A DNA stretch of 64,000 nt from Pristiophorus japonicus (lineage: Eukaryota): positions 6,572,001-6,636,000 of the forward strand of contig NC_092010.1 of assembly GCF_044704955.1 (NCBI RefSeq). Reading direction: 5' to 3'. The stretch's first letter is position 1. Every line of letters starts with the position of its first letter. The notes below the pieces were generated by a model. That model was not told the origin of the DNA. It ran no database searches and saw only the letters and a list, made by a program, of their open reading frames with translations. The position numbers and the translations under genes were made by a program. Below, piece by piece: positions 59,601 through 64,000 of the stretch.

Positions 59601-60760
59601 GCTGGGAGAGGGTCTGCGGGTGGAGCTGGGAGAGGGACTGGTGGCGGAGCTGAGAGAGGGGCTGGTGGCGGAGCTGGGAGAGGGGCTGCGGGTGGAGCTG
59701 GGAGAGGGTCTGCGGGTGGAGCTGGGAGAGGGGCTGGTGGTCGAGCTGAGAGAGGGGCTGGTGGCGGAGCTGAGAGAGGGGCTGGTGGCGGAGCTGGGAG
59801 AGGGTCTGCGGGTGGAGCTGGGAGAGGGACTTGTGGCGGCGCTGAGAGAGGGGCTGTTGGCGCAGCTGAGAAAGGGGCTGGGGGTGGAGCTGAGAGAGGG
59901 TTTGGGGGTGGAGCTGGGAGAGGGTCTGCGGGTGGAGCTGGGAGAGGGTCTGCGGGTGGAGCTGGGAGAGGGGCTGGTGGCGGAGCTGAGAGAGGGACTG
60001 GTGGCGGAGCTGAGAGAGGGACTGGTGGCGGAGCTGGGAGAGGGCCTGCGGGTGGAGCTGGGAGTTGGGCTGGTGGCTGAGCTGAGAGAGGGGCTGGTGG
60101 CGGAGCTGAGAGAGGGGCTGGTGGCGGAGCTGGGAGTGGGGCTGGTGGCGGAGCTTGGAGAGGGGCTGTGGGCTGAGCTGGGAGTGTGCCTGGGTGCGGA
60201 GCTGTGATTGGGGCGGGTGTGGAGCTCGTAGTGGGGCTCTGGGCGGAACTGGGAGATGGAGTTGTGCGAGGGGCTGTGGGCGGAGCTGGGCGTGGGGCTG
60301 GTGACGGAGCTGGGAGTGGGGCGCAGGGCGGAGCTGGGAGAGGGGCGGGGAAGTGAGAAGTGCTGTGGGGGGAGCTGGGAGTGGGGCTGGGGGCGGAGCT
60401 GGGAGTGGGGCTGGGGGTGGAGCTGGGAATGGGGCTGGAGGCGGAGCTGGGAGTGAGCTAGGGGAGGAGCTGGGAGTGAGCCTGAGGGCGGAGCTGGGCG
60501 TGAGCCTGGGGTCAGAGCTGGGAGAGGGGTTGGGGGCAGAGCTGCGAGTGGGGCTGGGGCAGGAGCTGGGAGAGGGGCTGGGGGTGGAGCTGGGAGTGGG
60601 GCTGGGGGTGGAGCTGAGAGCGGGTTTGGGGCGGAGCTGGGAATGAGCCTGGGGGTGGAGCTGGGAGATGGGTTGGGGGCGGAGCTGGGAGTGAGCCTTG
60701 GGGCGAAGCTGGAATTGTGTCTGGGGGGGCAGCTGTGAGCGGAGCTGGTAGTGAGCCTGG
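56640..60760 (+). repeat. Diverged ~1.9-2.3 kb duplicated block containing GCTGGTGG-rich domains
   Basis: The marker gcagctgtgagcggagctggtagtgagcc recurs near 56655, 58543 and 60729, and gagctgtgattggggcggg near 57904 and 60199. Confidence 0.7.
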
Positions 60761-61395
60761 GGGTGGAGCTGGGAGTGAGCCAGGGGGTGGAGCTGGGAGA
60801 GGGGTTGGGGGCGGAGATGGGAGTGAGCCTGGGGGCGGAGCTGGGAGTGGGGCTGGGAGTGGGGCTGCGGGTGGAGCTGGTAGTGGGTCTGGTGGCGGAG
60901 CTCGGAGAGGGGCTGTGGGCTGAGCTGGGAGTGTGCCTGGGTGCGGAGCTGTGAGTGGGGCGGGTGCGGAGCTCGTAGTGGGGCTCTGGGCGGAGCTGGG
61001 AGATGGGCTGGGGGTGGAGCTGTGAGAGGGGCTGGTGGCGGAGCTGGGAGTGAGCCTTGGGGCAGAGCTGGGAGTGTGGCTGGGGGCGGAGCTGGGAGTG
61101 GGGCTGGGGACGGAGCTGCGAGTGGGGCTGGGGCCGGAGCTGGTAGTGGGGCTGGGGGGCGGAGCTGGGAGTGGGGCTGGGGGCAGAGCTGCGAGTGGGG
61201 CTGGGGCCGGAGCTGGGAGAGGGGCTGGCGGCGGAGCTGGGAGTGAGCCTTGGAGCGGGGCTGGGAGAGGGGTTGGGGGCGGAGATGGGAGTGAGCCTGG
61301 GGGCGGAGCTGGGAGTGGGGCTGGGGCCGGAGCTGGGAGAGGGGCTGGGGGCGGAGCTGCGAGTGGGGCTGGGAGCGGAGCTGGGCGAGGGCTTG

Positions 61396-63999
61396 GGGGC
61401 GGAGCTGGGAGTGAGCCAAGGTGCGGATCTGGGAGTGGGGCTGGGGGCGGAGCTGGGACTGAGCCTGAGGCCGGAGCTGGTAGTGAGGCTGGGTGAGGAG
61501 CTGGGAGTATGGCTGGGGGCAGAGCTGGGAGAGGGGCTGGGGGCTCAGCTGGGAGAGGGGCTGGGGGCTCAGCTGGGAGTGGGGCTGCAGGCGGAGCTGG
61601 TAGTGGGGCTGTGGGCTGAGCTGGGAGCGTGCCTGGGTGCGGAGATCGTAGTGGGGCTCTGGGCGGAGCTGGGAGAGGGGTTGGGGGTGGAGCTGTGAGA
61701 GGGGCTGGGGGTGGAGCTGTGAGAGGGGCTGTGGGCGGAGCTGGGAGTGGGGCTGGTGGCGGAGCTGCGAGGGGGGCGCAGGGCGGATCTGGGAGAGGGG
61801 CTGAGGGCGCGGAAGTGAGAAGGGTGTGGGGGGAGCTGGGTGTGGGGCTGGGGGCGGAGCTGGGATTGTGTCTGGTGGGGCAGCTGTGAGAGGGGCTGGG
61901 GACGGAGCTGATAGTGGGGCTGGGGGCGGAGCTGGGAGTGGGGCTGGGGGTGGAGCTGAGAGAGGGTTTGGGCTGGAGCTTGGAGTGAGCCTGGGGGTGG
62001 AGCTGGGAGATGGGTTGGGGGCGGAGCTGGGAGAGGGGCTGTGGGTGGAGCTGGGAGTGAGCCTTGGGGCGAAGCTGGAATTGTGACTGGGGGGGCAGCT
62101 GTGAGAGGGGCTGGGGGCGGAGCTGGTCGTGGGGCTGGGGGCGGAGCTGGGAGTGAGCCTGGGGGTGGAGCTGGGAGATGGGTTGGGGGCGGAGCTGGGA
62201 GAGGGGTTGGGGGCGGAGCTGGGAGTGAGCCTGGGAGCGGAGCTGGGTCTGAGCCTGAGGCCGGAGCTGGGAGTGGGGCTGGGGGCGGAGCTGCGAGTGG
62301 GGCTGGGAGCGGAGCTGGGCGAGGGGATGGGGGCGGAGCTGGGAGTGAGCCAAGGGGCGGATCTGGGAGTGGGGCTGGGGGCGGAGCTGGGACTGAGCCT
62401 GAGGCCGGACCTGGGAGTGAGGCTGGGTGAGGTGCTGGGAGTTGGCCTGGGGTCGGAGGTGGGAGAGGGGCTGGGGGCGGAGCTGGGCGTGAGCCTAGGG
62501 GCGGAGCTGGGAGTATGGCTGGGGGCAGAGCTGTGAGAGGGGCTGGGGGCTCAGCTGGGAGAGGGGCTGGGGGCTCAGCTGGGAGAGGGGCTGGGGGCGG
62601 AGCTGGGAGAGGGGCTGGGGGCTCAGCTGGGAGAGGGGCTGGGGGCGGAGCTGGGAGTGAGCCTGGGGGCGGAGCTGTGAGAGGGGCTGGGGCGGAGCTG
62701 GGAGTGAGCCAAGGTGCGGATCTGGGAGTGGGGCTGGGGGCGGAGCTGGGACTGAGCCTGAGGCCGGAGCTGGTAGTGAGGCTGGGTGAGGAGCTGGGAG
62801 TATGGCTGGGGGCAGAGCTGGGAGAGGGGCTGGGGGCTCAGCTGGGAGAGGGGCTGGGGGCTCAGCTGGGAGTGGGGCTGCAGGCGGAGCTGGTAGTGGG
62901 GCTGTGGGCTGAGCTGGGAGCGTGCCTGGGTGCGGAGATCGTAGTGGGGCTCTGGGCGGAGCTGGGAGAGGGGTTGGGGGTGGAGCTGTGAGAGGGGCTG
63001 GGGGTGGAGCTGTGAGAGGGGCTGTGGGCGGAGCTGGGAGTGGGGCTGGTGGCGGAGCTGCGAGGGGGGCGCAGGGCGGATCTGGGAGAGGGGCTGAGGG
63101 CGCGGAAGTGAGAAGGGTGTGGGGGGAGCTGGGTGTGGGGCTGGGGGCGGAGCTGGGATTGTGTCTGGTGGGGCAGCTGTGAGAGGGGCTGGGGACGGAG
63201 CTGATAGTGGGGCTGGGGGCGGAGCTGGGAGTGGGGCTGGGGGTGGAGCTGAGAGAGGGTTTGGGCTGGAGCTTGGAGTGAGCCTGGGGGTGGAGCTGGG
63301 AGATGGGTTGGGGGCGGAGCTGGGAGAGGGGCTGTGGGTGGAGCTGGGAGTGAGCCTTGGGGCGAAGCTGGAATTGTGACTGGGGGGGCAGCTGTGAGAG
63401 GGGCTGGGGGCGGAGCTGGTCGTGGGGCTGGGGGCGGAGCTGGGAGTGAGCCTGGGGGTGGAGCTGGGAGATGGGTTGGGGGCGGAGCTGGGAGAGGGGT
63501 TGGGGGCGGAGCTGGGAGTGAGCCTGGGAGCGGAGCTGGGTCTGAGCCTGAGGCCGGAGCTGGGAGTGGGGCTGGGGGCGGAGCTGCGAGTGGGGCTGGG
63601 AGCGGAGCTGGGCGAGGGGATGGGGGCGGAGCTGGGAGTGAGCCAAGGGGCGGATCTGGGAGTGGGGCTGGGGGCGGAGCTGGGACTGAGCCTGAGGCCG
63701 GACCTGGGAGTGAGGCTGGGTGAGGTGCTGGGAGTTGGCCTGGGGTCGGAGGTGGGAGAGGGGCTGGGGGCGGAGCTGGGCGTGAGCCTAGGGGCGGAGC
63801 TGGGAGTATGGCTGGGGGCAGAGCTGTGAGAGGGGCTGGGGGCTCAGCTGGGAGAGGGGCTGGGGGCTCAGCTGGGAGAGGGGCTGGGGGCGGAGCTGGG
63901 AGAGGGGCTGGGGGCTCAGCTGGGAGAGGGGCTGGGGGCGGAGCTGGGAGTGAGCCTGGGGGCGGAGCTGTGAGAGGGGCTGGGGCGGAGCTGGGAGTG
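61396..63999 (+). repeat. 1293-bp near-perfect tandem duplication
   Basis: ORF pairs 61629/62922, 61826/63119, 62041/63334 and 62129/63422 are offset by 1293 and share the private variants agccaaggtgcggatc and gggtgaggtgctgg. Confidence 0.9.
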
Positions 64000-64000
64000 G

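Larger units (their letters stand above)
2755..64000 (+). repeat. G-rich 24-bp minisatellite/satellite array, >61 kb (about 2,500 units), open at the right edge
   Basis: Continuous head-to-tail units: GGCGGAGCTGGG followed by AGTGAGCCTGGG, AGAGGGGCTGGG or AGTGGGGCTGGG. All are in one orientation and no unique sequence or inversion was seen. Confidence 0.97.

Noticed and set aside
24690-60150. Functional Chi sites (GCTGGTGG)
   Set aside because: Chi acts through bacterial RecBCD. Here it arises from a single G>T change in the consensus GCTGGGGG, so it is kept only as a variant marker.
58930-60207. ELREGLVA-type repeat ORFs resembling an amphipathic helical or coiled-coil protein
   Set aside because: This is only the translation of the GCTGGTGG sub-variant. 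Overlapping frames are equally open and sister copies contain stops and frameshifts.
2755-64000. Hundreds of Gly/Ala-rich, Leu/Glu-rich or Pro-rich ORFs (silk-, PE-PGRS- or extensin-like), including 2007 aa at 55396-61419 (-)
   Set aside because: A 24-bp unit is a multiple of 3 and nearly stop-free in most frames on both strands. Frequent 1-bp indels switch frames freely, so no frame is conserved, and there are no unique domains.
2755-64000. CRISPR-like array (constant half plus variable half)
   Set aside because: The variable halves are a few related 12-mers rather than unique spacers, there are no cas genes and the context is eukaryotic.
2755-64000. Telomeric repeat or CpG-island promoter
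   Set aside because: There are no TTAGGG arrays. The GC and CpG richness comes from the tandem unit, and no associated gene is visible.

Overview
Eukaryotic, probably vertebrate, repeat-rich DNA with no supportable host gene. Positions 1-1549 hold the 5' end of a decayed Ty3/Gypsy (Mag-like) LTR retrotransposon on the minus strand: a ~174-bp LTR, a tRNA-Ser(GCT)-like primer-binding site, gag, zinc knuckles and protease. It abuts, and probably inserted into, a decayed endogenous retrovirus pol (RT, tether, RNase H) on the plus strand at 1551-~2745. Just after the RNase H end, a G-rich 24-bp tandem array begins and runs >61 kb to the window end (consensus GGCGGAGCTGGGAG[T/A]G[A/G]G[C/G]CTGGG, itself two related 12-mers). 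The array has nested higher-order repeats: 1.3, 1.4 and 1.7 kb duplications, ~3-3.6 kb blocks and a 6.3/9.4 kb macro-unit. It also shows a layered layout, a GCTGGTGG-rich sub-variant and a 200-N gap that appears to hide a contig overlap. The many ORFs in the array are treated as repeat artefacts. Periods were derived by hand from offsets of matching ORFs and motifs, so boundaries are approximate.
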